Of a DNA stretch of 64,000 bases, positions 38,857-50,877 are shown one piece after another. Under the pieces are notes generated by a model, which worked only from the letters and a program-made list of their open reading frames with translations, was not told where the DNA came from and made no database searches. A program made the translations under genes and the position numbers. The stretch is taken from NCBI RefSeq assembly GCF_018977255.1, contig NW_024704742.1:117492001-117556000 (forward strand). Reading direction: 5' to 3'. The first letter of the stretch is position 1. Every line of letters begins with the position of its first letter. The stretch comes from Callorhinchus milii. Lineage: Eukaryota.

Positions 38857-38983
38857 CTGTCTCCCTGGGATAATCTGCAATGACAGTCCATTTACTAACT
38901 TTTGAAGCTGGAGCTTTTTCTGCTGCAAAGTTGCAGAACACCATTATGGATATCTCATATCTTAATCTCTTTGCAGAAAGGTT
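38857..38983 (-). pseudogene. Pseudoexon upstream of S1 (copies at 39784-39910 and 40711-40837)
   Basis: gtag acceptor, CAG|gtaaaa donor, one open frame NLSAKRLRYEIS...DYPRE. Confidence 0.4.
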
Positions 38984-41267
38984 CTACATTAACATTCAAT
39001 GAATAAGGCAGAGTCACGGAATAGGAGACAGACTGGAAAGTAACCCAACATAAAATTGAGAAGCATCCCGTAAAACCATAATGTCCAACTCAAAAAACAA
39101 CTTGCAATTATATAACACCCTTCACGCAGGTAGTGACCTGGAGCAATGTGGTTTGATGCTAAGATGGAAAGGAAGGGGAAGTGACCAAAGGCACAGTCAA
39201 AGGAAAAGTCTTCAAGTGTGATTTGATGATGTGTTTGTCTTGGGGAACGTGTCAATTCTAACTGTGGTCTAATTAACAATTCATATAAGTTTAGCATTAC
39301 CTACCTATTTGCTTATAATGATCTATACCTCTGTTTATAAAACCTAAGATGCCATTAGTTGTTTTGATAGCTTTGTGCACCTGCTTTCCCACTTTTCAAG
39401 ATCTATATACATTAATCCCAAGTCCCTTTGCTCTTCTACTCCTTTTAATATTTTACAATCCACCGTATACTTGCTCTTACTTACTTTCTTTCCTTACTTA
39501 CTTTCCTGAAGCCAACAATGACATTGCCATTGTTAGTGGCCATGTTGTGAACAATTCTTGGACCTTCTCTGTCTGTGGCTCACTTACAGATGAATAACTA
39601 GAAAATAACATTCCAGAAAATCTGTGTCACATATTTTATACAGCCTTCAGAAACATCAAAATGTTACACAAAATAAATGTGTAATAAAATAAATATATAC
39701 GCAAACAAATGAATGGGGCATCTGTTCTTTCAGTTCTCACAGTAATATTCTATGATTGCCAATACAGATTATGTTTATTTTACCTGCCTCCCTGGGATAA
39801 TCTGCAATGACAGTCCATTTACTAACTTTTGAAGCTGGAGCTTTTTCTGCTGCAAAGTTGCTGAACACCATTTTGGATATCTCATATCTTAATCTCTTTG
39901 CAGAAAGGTTCTACATTAACATTCAATGAATAAGGCAGAGTCACGGAATAGGAGACAGACTGGAAAGTAACCCAACATAAAATTGAGAAGCATCCCGTAA
40001 AACAATAATGTCCAACTCAAAAAACAACTTGCAATTATATAACACCCTTCACGCAGGTAGTGACTTGGAGCAATGTGGTTTGATGCTAAGCTGGAAAGGA
40101 AGGGGAAGTGACCAAAGGCACAGTCAAAGGAAAAGTCTTCAAGTGTGATTTGATGATGTGTTTGTCTTGGGGAACGTGTCAATTCTAACTGTGGTCTAAT
40201 TAACAATTCATATAAGTTTAGCATTACCTACCTCTTTGCTTATAATGATCTATACCTCTGTTTATAAAACCTAAGATGCCATTAGTTGTTTTGATAGCTT
40301 TGTCCACCTGCTTTCCCACTTTTCAAGATCTATGTACATTAATCCCAAGTCCCTTTGCTCTTCTACTCCTTTTAATATTTTACAATCCACCGTATACTTG
40401 CTCTTACTTACTTTCTTTCCTTACTTACTTTCCTGAAGCCAACAATGACATTGCCATTGTTAGTGGCCATGTTGTGAACAATTCTTGGACCTTCTCTGTC
40501 TGTGGCTCACTTACAGATGAATAACTAGAAAATAACATTCCAGAAAATCTGTGTCACATATTTTATACAGCCTTCAGAAACATCAAAATGTTACACAAAA
40601 TAAATGTGTAATAAAATAAATATATACGCAAACAAATGAATGGGGCATCTGTTCTTTCAGTTCTCACAGTAATATTCTATGATTGCCAATACAGATTATG
40701 TTTATTTTACCTGCCTCCCTGGGATAATCTGCAATGACAGTCCATTTACTAACTTTTGAAGCTGGAGCTTTTTCTGCTGCAAAGTTGCTGAACACCATTT
40801 TGGATATCTCATATCTTAATCTCTTTGCAGAAAGGTTCTACATTAACATTCAATGAATAAGGCAGAGTCACGGAATAGGAGACAGACTGGAAAGTAACCC
40901 AACATAAAATTGAGAAGCATCCCGTAAAACAATAATGTCCAACTCAAAAAACAACTTGCAATTATATAACACCCTTCACGCAGGTAGTGACTTGGAGCAA
41001 TGTGGTTTGATGCTAAGCTGGAAAGGAAGGGGAAGTGACCAAAGGCACAGTCAAAGGAAAAGTCTTCAAGTGTGATTTGATGATGTGTTTGTCTTGGGGA
41101 ACGTGTCAATTCTAACTGTGGTCTAATTAACAATTCATATAAGTTTAGCATTACCTACCCCTTTGCTTATAATGATTTATACCTCTGTTTATAAAACCTA
41201 AGATGCCATTAGTTGTTTTGATAGCTTTGTCCACCTGCTGACCTGACCCACGAATCCTTCCTAACTC

Positions 41268-41795
41268 TTCCCTTCACAAGCTGCAGATCATGTACTTTTG
41301 TGCACCATACTCCGCGATCCCATCACTCCCACCCTCGCCCAACTCCACTGGTTCCCCATCCCCCAGAGGATCGATTTTAAGATTCTCGTCCTCACTTTCA
41401 AGGCCATCCATGACCTTGCCGCCTCCTACCTCTCTGACCTGCTGTCTCCCTATCAACCTGGCCACTCCCTCTGTTCATCGGGCTCTAGCCTGCTCCATGA
41501 CTCCCGCCCGACCCGCCCTACCATCGGTGGCCGGGCTTTCAGCCTCTGTGCCCCCACACTCTGGAACTTCATCCCATGGTCCCTTCACCTCGCTTCCTCC
41601 CTTGCCTCCTTCAAGGTCGATCTCAAGACCCTTCTCTCTAATCATGTCTTTGGTCTCCCTCCCACCTCTCTGCCTTCCCTCACCACTACACCACCCCTTC
41701 CCATGCTCGGGCCCCAACACCTGACTGTTCAGCGTTTTGGGACGTCCTCCCGACGTGAAAGGCACTCTATAATGTAAGTTTGTTCTTGTTGTTAC
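41268..41795 (+). mobile_element. L2 3' fragment
   Basis: LHWFPIPQRIDFK and tail. Confidence 0.9.
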
Positions 41796-41997
41796 TGTGT
41801 ACAACAACTGGCGTTTATATAGCGCCCCTCACAAAGGATCACGTCCCAGAACGCTTGATAGTGGCAGAGCACGACGTCGAGGCGGGCTGAGGGAAAAGTG
41901 ACCGAAGGCATGGTCAAAGAGGAAGGTCTTCAGGTGTGAACTGAAGATGGGGAAGGAAGGGAAAAGGCGGAGGGATAGAGGAAGGCATGAGGGTCAT

Positions 41998-42580
41998 GCA
42001 ACAACAACAACAACAAGATTCCATTTATAGAGCGCCTTTCACGCCGGGAGGACGTCCCAAAGTGCTGGACAGTTGGGTCAGGACCCGAGCAGGGGGAAAA
42101 TGGTCAGGGGGAGGGGAGGGAAGGGAGGGAGCGAGGAGGGGGTAGAGAGTCGAGAGGGGAGCTGAAGGCATGGTCGAAGAGAAAGGTCTTGAAGGAGGAA
42201 AGGGAGGAAGCAAGGCAAAGGCACTGGGGGATGGAGTTCCAGAGCCTCGGGGCTGAGAGACTGAAGGCCCGCCCACTGATGGTAGGGCGGTTGGGGTGAG
42301 GGATGTGGAGCAGACCAGAGCCAGAGGAACGGAGGGTATGGGCAGGTAAGTAGGAGGATAGTAGGTCGGAGAGGTAGGAGGGAGCGAGGCCGTGAATGGC
42401 CTTGTAGGTGAGGATGAGGATCTTGAAATCAATCCTCTGGGGGATGGGGAGCCAGTGGAGGCGAGCGAGGGTGGGAGTGATGTTTTCACGAAGCCTGGTG
42501 CGGGACAATACACGAGCTGCAGAGTTCTGAATGACCTGCAGCTTATGGAGGGAGGTGCCGGGAAGGCCGGCGAGGAGAAG
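41998..42580 (-). mobile_element. L2 3' fragment
   Basis: LHWLPIPQRIDFK and tail. Confidence 0.9.
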
Positions 42581-43235
42581 GCGGGAGCCAATCGAGCAGA
42601 AGCAGCGGGTTCTCGGTTGGGCGGTAAGCAGGCCGGAGAGGTAGGGAGGGCATGAAGGGATTTGAAAATTAGTGTGAGTCTTGGATCAGCTGGATCCTGT
42701 GCATGGTGAAGCTGGGGAGGCCGGTGAAAAGTCGAGTTGGGACGTGACGAATGCAGGGACGAGTGTTTCGGCTGCCTCTGGGGTAAGGTATGGTTGGAGG
42801 TGTACTCAGGTCTCTTAATCTGCCACTTCTAACACCATCTACATCAAAGTGCCACAGGTGTATGACCTCAGCAATCTCTTTCTCCACCGTTAAACAAGTA
42901 ACATAATTGTTGCTTATAGACTTTACTTATAAAACTATAATGTAAACAGTCAGTGTACCGTATTTATACAAATCATGAAGCATCCCGATATAAAATATTC
43001 ATGACACAGTCACTGATATGTTATATGGTCAGATTTCCTTGTATAAATGTTGTGTTACAGCAATGCTCATATACACTAATATTCATTATATATGACAATA
43101 GGCTGATAGTAGCGTGCAAATCAACTGGATTTCATGAAGACACTGAACATGTCGACAGCAATTTTAAAAGTATTTACTATATTTGTTTACTATATTATAC
43201 TAAATTTGTGAATATATCTGTGAGATTCATTATAC

Positions 43236-43720
43236 CTAAACGTTTCTTATCCTACATATTGTATACTCTTGTTATTGAAAGTGTAACCAGGCAAATTAAA
43301 CTTAGAAAATCCAAAAGCGTTGTGATTGTGCATTTATAGGTACTGTAATCGCAGCAGCCAATATGCACACAACAGCATCTCATAAACACAAAGTACATGA
43401 ATGACCAAGTTAACTGGAGCATTGTTAGCCAGGAACCAGGAAACATTCCCTTATTTACAGAATAATCTAGTCCTATCATGGACTCAACCAAATCCATATA
43501 AACTGCTACAGCAAAGTTCCTTCCATAAAGATGAAACACTTAAAATTTCAGAATGACATTAACTATGTGGTCTATATTTGTGATACAGTATTTTCCAAAA
43601 TGATTTGTAAACATCTACTCCAATCTTTCACAACCTCCTTTAGCTACAATCTGGCTTCATGGAGAAATAGTTATATAAGTCAATTTCCACACAGTCAACC
43701 TGGATTCTAGATTTGATAAT
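43236..43720 (-). pseudogene. Polycystin REJ-start pseudoexon part
   Basis: IIKSRIQVDCVEIDLYNY and RLE*MFTNHFGKYCI resemble PKD1 YLEAHVDLRDC and RLVLPRLALPVGHYCF. Confidence 0.5.
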
Positions 43721-44045
43721 AACATTGCTCTCCCACCCACTTGCCTCAAACCTCTCACATTCCAATTCAATGTCAGATTCAAGTTTATACTCCACCAAAT
43801 TAATTTCCTCCAACCTGTTGCCTCGATCTCTTTTACTAAAGCAAGCACTGTCAGGTATCATGGTTGTGAAATAGAGGGGAAACATCATCACTTCCTGCTT
43901 CAACTTGTTAGAATTTACACTTTTTGTATAATGTTAGAATCATAATAGACGTTGCGAACGGGTTAACTTTTAAGTTAAGTGTGGGGGGCAACTGGACTGA
44001 CAGTCATGGAATAGGACACATCTGGTAATTATCAAATCTAGAATC
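43721..44045 (+). pseudogene. Inverted piece of the PKD/REJ exon
   Basis: Bounded by 18-bp inverted repeats; INFLQPVASISF and QSWNRTHLVIIKSRI read on +. Confidence 0.45.
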
Positions 44046-46753
44046 GTGAGCACTATGGCTGCCGCTTTGACCCGAGCCCCCTCACTCCCTCCCTCCCTCC
44101 TCCCTCCTCTCTACCTCCAAACCCTCCCCCCTCTGCATCTCTCCCGCTCTGTCCTCCTCTCTCTCCGTCCCTCTCGCCTTCTATCCCCACTTGATCCTCC
44201 TGCAACCTCCCTCTGTTCCAGCCTGGGAATCCTCCGCCGGGCTCACCGTGGCACTCGGCGTTGGCTGTCCAGCAGCAGCCACACCGACTGCCCCATTCCC
44301 CACCACACTCACCAGCCACCCCGGACACAGACCCGGGGAGCCAACCTCTCCTCCCTCATCCCCATTCCCCCCACCCCTGCCTCATAACCTGGACCCCCCT
44401 CCCCCCACACACACCCTTCTGTCAACCGCTCCCTCCACATCGGACAAAATGTCCGCTCCCTCTGTAACAAGGCCCTGGTCATCAATGATCTTATCCTTGA
44501 TGAGAGTGTTGACATCATGGCCTTAACGGAAACCTGGCTCACCCCAGGCGACACCTTCCCCCTCACGGAGGCCACACCACCCGGCTACACCTCCCACCAC
44601 ATCCCTCGCCCCAACCGCCGTGGCGGTGGTGTAGCCCTTATCTCAAGGACACCACTTGCCCTATCCCCCTACTCCTCTGGCTCTTTCCCCTCTTTCGAGC
44701 ACCTCACCCTCTCCCACCCCTCCTTCCTCTCACTCAAAATCCTCCTCCTCTACCGGCCCCCTAAAACCTCTCCCACCTTCATCTCCGATATTTCGACACT
44801 TCTTACATCTCTCTGCCTCTGCTCTGATCGCCTCATCATCCTGGGCGACTTCAACCTGCACTTCACCCCCTCCTGCTCCATCTCCTCAGACTTCTCTTCC
44901 CTGCTCTCCTCGCTCAACCTCTCCCTCCACATCAACTCCCCCACTCACAGTCACGGCCACCCACTCGATTTGGTGATCACCCGGGGCCTCAGTGTCTCGG
45001 ATGTCACTATCACCGACAAGGCCGTCTCCGACCACCACTTCATCTCCTTCACCACCTCCACCCCCCTCCCCACCTCCACCAGACCCACCACCATCTTCTA
45101 CCGCCCCTGGAAGAAGTTACCCCCACAATCCCTAACCGCTGCCTTGGAGTCCTCTGAACTCCTCTCCCTCTGGCCTTCAACCCTCACTGACCCCTCTTCT
45201 CCTCTCACCCTCCTCCACAACACCCTCTCCTCCACACTCGATACTCTTGCCCCCATCACCTCCCGTACTGTCTCCTACTCTCGCTCCTCCCCCTGGTTCA
45301 CCACCCACCTCCGCTCACTGAAAGCCAGGTGCGGGCCGCTGAACGCACCTGCGTCAAATCTGGCCTAACGGTCCACCGACAAATCTGGCTGGACCTCCTC
45401 AAAATCTACCGCTCCACTCTAGCCTCGGCCAAGTCGTCCTTCTACTCCAGGATAATCCTGGAGGCGAAGAACAACCCCAGGCTACTGTTTTCTACCACAT
45501 CCCGACTCCTCCGTCCCCCCGCCACCCCGCGCAGGTCATCTCCTCCAACCTTCACTGCGAGGAGATGCTGGATTTCCTTGAATCCAAAATCAAGGGAATT
45601 CGCTCCGCGGTCACTTCCCCTCCAACATCCACCCACCCCCCAACCCCTCCCTCCCACACTCCGACTCCTACCCATCCTCCCCTACACACTTCTGTACCCG
45701 TTTCCCCACCCTCTGTCACCAAACTCATCCTATCCCTGAAACCCACCACCTGCTCCCCTGACCCCATCCCCACTCCACTCCTTATCTCCCAGCTCCACTT
45801 CCTTGCCCCACATATCACCGACATCGTCAACCTGTCCCTCTCCTCTGGCTCTGTTCCCATTCCCTTAAAAACTGCCACCATCACTCCCACTTTGAAAAAG
45901 CCCTCCCTTGATGTGTCGCAGCTATCAAGCTACCGGCCCATCTCCAACCTCCCCTTCCTGTCCAAAGTCTTGGAACGAGTTGTCACCTCCCAGCTGCGCT
46001 CTTTCCTCTCCACCCATTCATTATTCGAATCCCTTCAGTCGGGTTTCCGTGCTGCCCATAGCACAGAAACTGCCCTGGTCAAGGTCACCAATGACATCCT
46101 GACCATCTGTGACCAGGGCTCCCTCTGCCTCCTCGTCCTCCTCGACCTATCAGCAGCATTCAATACGGTCGACCATGTTATCCTCCTCCACCGCTTGTCC
46201 TCCCACCTCAACCTTCAAGGCCCTGTCCTTGAGTGGTTTAGGTCGTACTTCTCCCACCGTCTTCACTTTGTTTCCACGAATGGCTTCTCCTCCAGCCCCC
46301 GCTCTCATCTCGTGCGGTGTCCCTCAGGGCTCTGTCCTCGGTCCCCTCCTCTTCACCCTCTATATGCTCCCCCTTGGTGACATCATCCGCAGACATGGGG
46401 TTAACTTCCACATGTATGCGGATGACACCCAACACCCAGCTCCACATCCCCCGCCCCAACCACCTTACCATCGGTGGCCGGGCCTTCAGCCTCTCAGCCC
46501 CCAGGCTCTGGAACTCCATCCCCCAGTGCCTTCGCCGCCTCCTCCCTTTCCTCCTTCAAGGCCAGTCTCAACACCTTTCTCTTTGACTGTGCCTTCAGCT
46601 CCCCTCTCAACTCTCTACCCCCTCCTCGCTCCCTCCCTTCCCTCCCCTCACCCTGACCATTTCCCCCCTGCTCAGGTCCTGACCCAACTGTACAGCGCCT
46701 TGGGACGTCCTCCCGACGTGAAAGGCGCATTATAAATGGAATCTTGTTGTTGT
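44046..46753 (+). mobile_element. Young L2 with long EN and RT ORF segments and an internal deletion
   Basis: ORFs 44517-45368 and 45565-46380; YADDTQ fused to the 3' end. Confidence 0.95.
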
Positions 46754-47905
46754 TGTTTTCTCTGTTTTTGAAAGAATAACGGACAGGGGCAGGGGTCACC
46801 TCTTATCAGTAAATGACAACAAGCCCATAGTGGTAACGGTCCAAGGAACCAGTCATCATAGGATCTCGACTGAGCAATAAGTCGCTAGATTCTGACAAGG
46901 CCTGCCAAGCGACAGAAGGCAACCCTCAAGAATAGCAACTAATGAGCAAGTTGCTTAAACAAGAGGACCTTGGTACCATCCTGGGATACTGATAAGAAAT
47001 AATCAGTCACTTAAAAGGAATGTACTAATGATCCCACGTAACAAAATAACGAGCATCAGATAACAGGCGTCTTAAGGATAATGTGTATGTGTGCTGAGGC
47101 ACGTACACCCTATGAGGTGTTCACGTGAACCCAGCATGATTTTGGCCAGGTGACCTAATGTCCGCACCATGATTGGATGGACACAAGCTTAAGACACCGT
47201 GCCAGACCAAGATCGGCGCCCAGGACAGTACCTATCGTGGATGGAAGACTGAGAGCTAGAAGTCAGAAGTCGACGACCACGAGGAGGGATTACCCAGTAG
47301 TATTATTCTGTTAGTGAATTGATTGATTGTGCTTACTTGCCCACGCCCATCGGGAACTTGGACGGATCCTGGAGTTTAATAAACACCACTCTGGTTGCAA
47401 ACAGTGGCTGTGTTTGATTGGAACTCGAAAGGGTTTTTGTTTTTTTTAATAATTTGGCGTAGTCGGCAGGATCGTTCGGGAAAGTGGGACGGAGTAAGTA
47501 CAATCAAGCCTTGACGAACGTTTATGTTAAGTTTTTAGTTATTCCCCTATAGGTGTTAAGTCAGTCCAAACCGAGGGAAGGAAATCCCCTATTACCTCTG
47601 GGTAAGGAGAGGGACCGCGACCGATAGTAATTGAATGTTGATTTCAATTGGCACTATGGCCCCAGGAAATAATGCTGGTTGTGACTGGGCTGTGAACTTT
47701 GAAAGGAAGCTCATTAGAATGGTTCAGAAGTTGAAGTTGGGGGCGAACGATGAGAATGTTCCGCAGCCAAGTGGCGTTACAGGGTATAAGCCTTTAGTAG
47801 GAGAAATCGAGGAGTTAGGCACTCAGCGGAGGTTGAGTGATAGCAAGAAGAAGGTTTTGTTGAAATACTGGGCTGTCGTGAGTTGCCAACACATAGAAGA
47901 AGATT
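46754..47905 (+). mobile_element. 5' LTR, PBS-Ser and gag N-terminus of an LTR retroelement
   Basis: TGT start, AATAAA 47378-47383, PBS, then a short gag-like ORF truncated by a SINE. Confidence 0.8.
47455..47472 (+). promoter_or_regulatory. Primer-binding site, tRNA-Ser
   Basis: TGGCGTAGTCGGCAGGAT, exact complement of the vertebrate tRNA-Ser(AGA-type) 3' end. Confidence 0.9.
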
Positions 47906-48382
47906 GTGATTTCAAGCTCCACATTAGATCTCTGAACTCAAATAGTCTAGGCTGACAATCCAATGCAGTCCTAGGAGCATGCTGCATTGTCAAAAGTGCC
48001 AGTCTGAGACGTTAAACAAAGGTGTAGTTTGTCTGTTCACATGGATGTTAAAGATCTCAATGCATTATTGAAAAAGGCAAGGCAATTTCTCCTTATGTCA
48101 CGCCCAACAATCCCCCAAATAAAATTGGTCATTCACTCCATCGTTGTGTGATAGGCATATAAGGCATATTTATTTTTGATCTTTCTTGGTAGTTGTTGAT
48201 AATATTGTATGTACTTAATCTATTCAATTCAAAATTTTAAATGATACAGTCTGACGCCTGTGAGACAAATAACCTTAATTGGCTTAAGTGTGAATAGGGT
48301 CATTATTTTCGGGTAGAGAAGAGGGGAATTCTCTAACTTTTGAATAATTTACTGACAATTTATCTGATCTGTGAATTTTCAG

Positions 48383-49062
48383 ATATTGGCAATGAATTTA
48401 GAATCTGATCCAATAATCTCATTATAATCTCACCCAGCCAAGGTCAATACATTTATTATTGACAGTGAAAGAGCTAATTTCAAAGAATCTAGGACAGACA
48501 CATGTCACCCATCTGACATTTTCAAGTTGCATTTACTGTCTTGTACCTTAACAAAGGAAAAAAGCGTTGTCAATTTCAACTGGACAGAAATCTCCCTTTA
48601 ATTAACAGGCCTGAATTAATTTTACATTTAGCTGCAAGGAGCTTTAGGTGACTGGATCTGAGCTGCTTTTCTTCAATGGAGGCATTGTTTGTGCCATTGA
48701 ACTCAATATGACACGTGTAAGTTTTATTAACATCTTCAACAGAGTGTTTGTCCAAACTCTTTGAACCAATGCAATGATGGGACGCACATACAATGTGGTG
48801 GATCACTGCAATATGCAAATGCTCTTAGGATAACTGATGGTGACAATGGATTTTAGCTGGTGTGCTTCCCTCTCCCCCTCTAAACCTTGACAGTGTCCAT
48901 TCACTTCAACCTCCTTGGAACACTTAATATTTTTAGAACAACAATTAGAGCATTCAAAACTTTGGTAAAAATCGTAATTACTTTGAAAGTATCGAGAATT
49001 TTTATTTTCCCACAACCATTTCAAGAAACTTGATATGAATTGATTTTAAGAGTTTCAAGCAT
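48383..49062. pseudogene. Degenerate coding-like island, probably polycystin ectodomain; strand unresolved
   Basis: PKD-like DGDN/MDFSW on +; REJ-like FECSNCC with good splice sites on -. Confidence 0.3.
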
Positions 49063-49139
49063 CTAAGAAAAAAATATTAAAACAATGGCACTAAAAAAAA
49101 TCTAAAGCCTAAAGGAAAAAGTCCTTTTTTTCTTCTTAA

Positions 49140-49560
49140 TCTTTATATGAATCCCGTTTTAACTATTAATACTCTTTTTATCATTAATACTTTTTACCAA
49201 CTATTTTTGCTATTGATACTCTTTCTAAATAATACTTTTGTTGTCAATACCATTTTTGTTGTTATTAATTAGTGTTATTTTGACCCTTCTTGCTATTAAT
49301 ACTCTTCTTGTCATTAACAAGTTTTGCTATTCATACCCTTTTTGTTATTAACACTCTTTTTATGAATTCTTTTAACTATTTTTACCCTTTTTGCTATTAA
49401 TACTTTGTATTATTAATAGCTTTTGTGCTATGAACACTCGTTTCATTATTAATACCTTTTTTGCTATTAATACTCCTTTTGTTATTAATTCTTTGGGTTA
49501 TTCATACCCTTTGTGTTATGAGTACCTCTTTTTGCTTTTAATACGTGTGGTTATTAATAA
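49140..49560. repeat. Degenerate AT-rich minisatellite
   Basis: Recurrent ttttg(c/t)tattaatac unit of about 18-20 bp. Confidence 0.7.
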
Positions 49561-49602
49561 CCTTAACTCCTCAGATGCATTCATTCAGCTGTTATTTCAG
49601 CT

Positions 49603-50342
49603 TTACCCTCCAGCACGGCTTGCGAGTGCTTGGACACGCTGTGGGTGCGTGAAGAAGGGGGCGAAATTAGTGGTGGGTTTCTGATGGTAGGGGTTGTGCT
49701 TAACCGACCCCCCCCCCCTCACCACCACCAAACAGTCCCAGCGGCACCAGGTTGTGGAGGGACCAGGAGAAATCGTAGCCGCAATGACTGTCCACCGAGA
49801 TGAAGACACTGAAGAGCATGAACTCCCAGGCGGTCGGTCAGGCAGTGGCGGCGCAGCAGCAGCAGCAGCAGCAGGTCTAGGGCGCACCAGAAGCCCCCGG
49901 TGATGAGCTCCCAGTTGGACAGGTGCTGTGTGGTCCAGATCTCGTGGTGGAGAGCCCAGAGGATCCAGTGGTGCGGCCAATGCCACACGTAGTACTGCAA
50001 GTCGAAGAGGATGGTGCAGCTCAGCACCCCGACCAGCAGCTCCCCCAGGGTGGGCACCTCCCGGGGCACGGGGGGTGGGGTGGAGGGGGCTGGATCTTGT
50101 ACCTGTTGATGAAGGGGAGCCTGAGGGCCGACAGGTCGAACAGCATGAAGGCGGCACAGAGCAGCAGGTAAGCGGGGGCACTGTTGATGACCGGGAAGAG
50201 AGGTGAGCGCAGGTTGTCCTCATGGTGGAGTCTCAGGTTCTCCCATAGCGGCTGCAACCGCGAGCGCTCGGGCAGCCAAGTGGCTCAGGTTAACCTCTTG
50301 TATGTAATGGTCCAGCAGGCAGATAGGGTTAAAGTGACTCAT
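49603..50342 (-). pseudogene. Cholesterol 25-hydroxylase-like (fatty acid hydroxylase family) pseudogene
   Basis: LQPLW, SPLFPV, RYKIQ, FDLQYYVWH..HH, HHE, SVDSHCGYDFSW, HQKP..NFAPFFTH across several frameshifts and deletions. Confidence 0.9.
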
Positions 50343-50877
50343 TGGGGAGAGAGGGAGAGTGGAGGGTGGGAGTGGAAGAGAGAGAGAGATAGAGAGAGTG
50401 GGTGAGAAAAAGGGAGGAAAGGATGGAAGGCTTCTTTCTCTCCAACTTCCTTGTCTTTTCTTCTGCTCTCTCTCTCTCTCTCTCCCTCCATGGTTTGTCA
50501 GCGACTCGAAAAGAACAAGAAAACGATGCAGAGCCTTGGTGACAACATGGACAGAGTCCAGAGTCTAGCAACCACACACAACCACACACAAACACCTCGT
50601 CTCCACTGCCCACTGCCCCAGGATCTTTGTAACTCAGTCGCTGGCACTTATCCTCCTCCTCCCTTTGAACGCTCGGGAGCAAAGATTTGCCTTTGCTGCT
50701 TATCAAGGCTGCTTGGCCGCTGATTTAGCGACTGATTTGCTGAGAGCTCGGCGTGGGATGTGTCTAGCTTAGATCCATATTGCAACAGCATCTGAGATGC
50801 TTCGGTACAATTGCCCCATCCTCTCCTCCTGTCCCTTCCCTCCGTATAACTAACAAGACATTTTTTGTTAAAAAACT

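Larger units (their letters stand above)
38572..41239. repeat. 927-bp tandem repeat, about 2.9 copies
   Basis: Near-identical ORFs at 38989/39916/40843; copies 2 and 3 almost identical. Confidence 0.98.

Noticed and set aside
38989..39297. Repeated 102-aa ORF as a gene family
   Set aside because: Chimeric CR1/L2 fragment within the tandem unit
43640..43903. Continuous minus-strand ORF as one exon
   Set aside because: Spans the 18-bp inversion boundary; the flipped reconstruction fits better
49140..49560. CRISPR-like array
   Set aside because: Eukaryotic context; degenerate units without unique spacers
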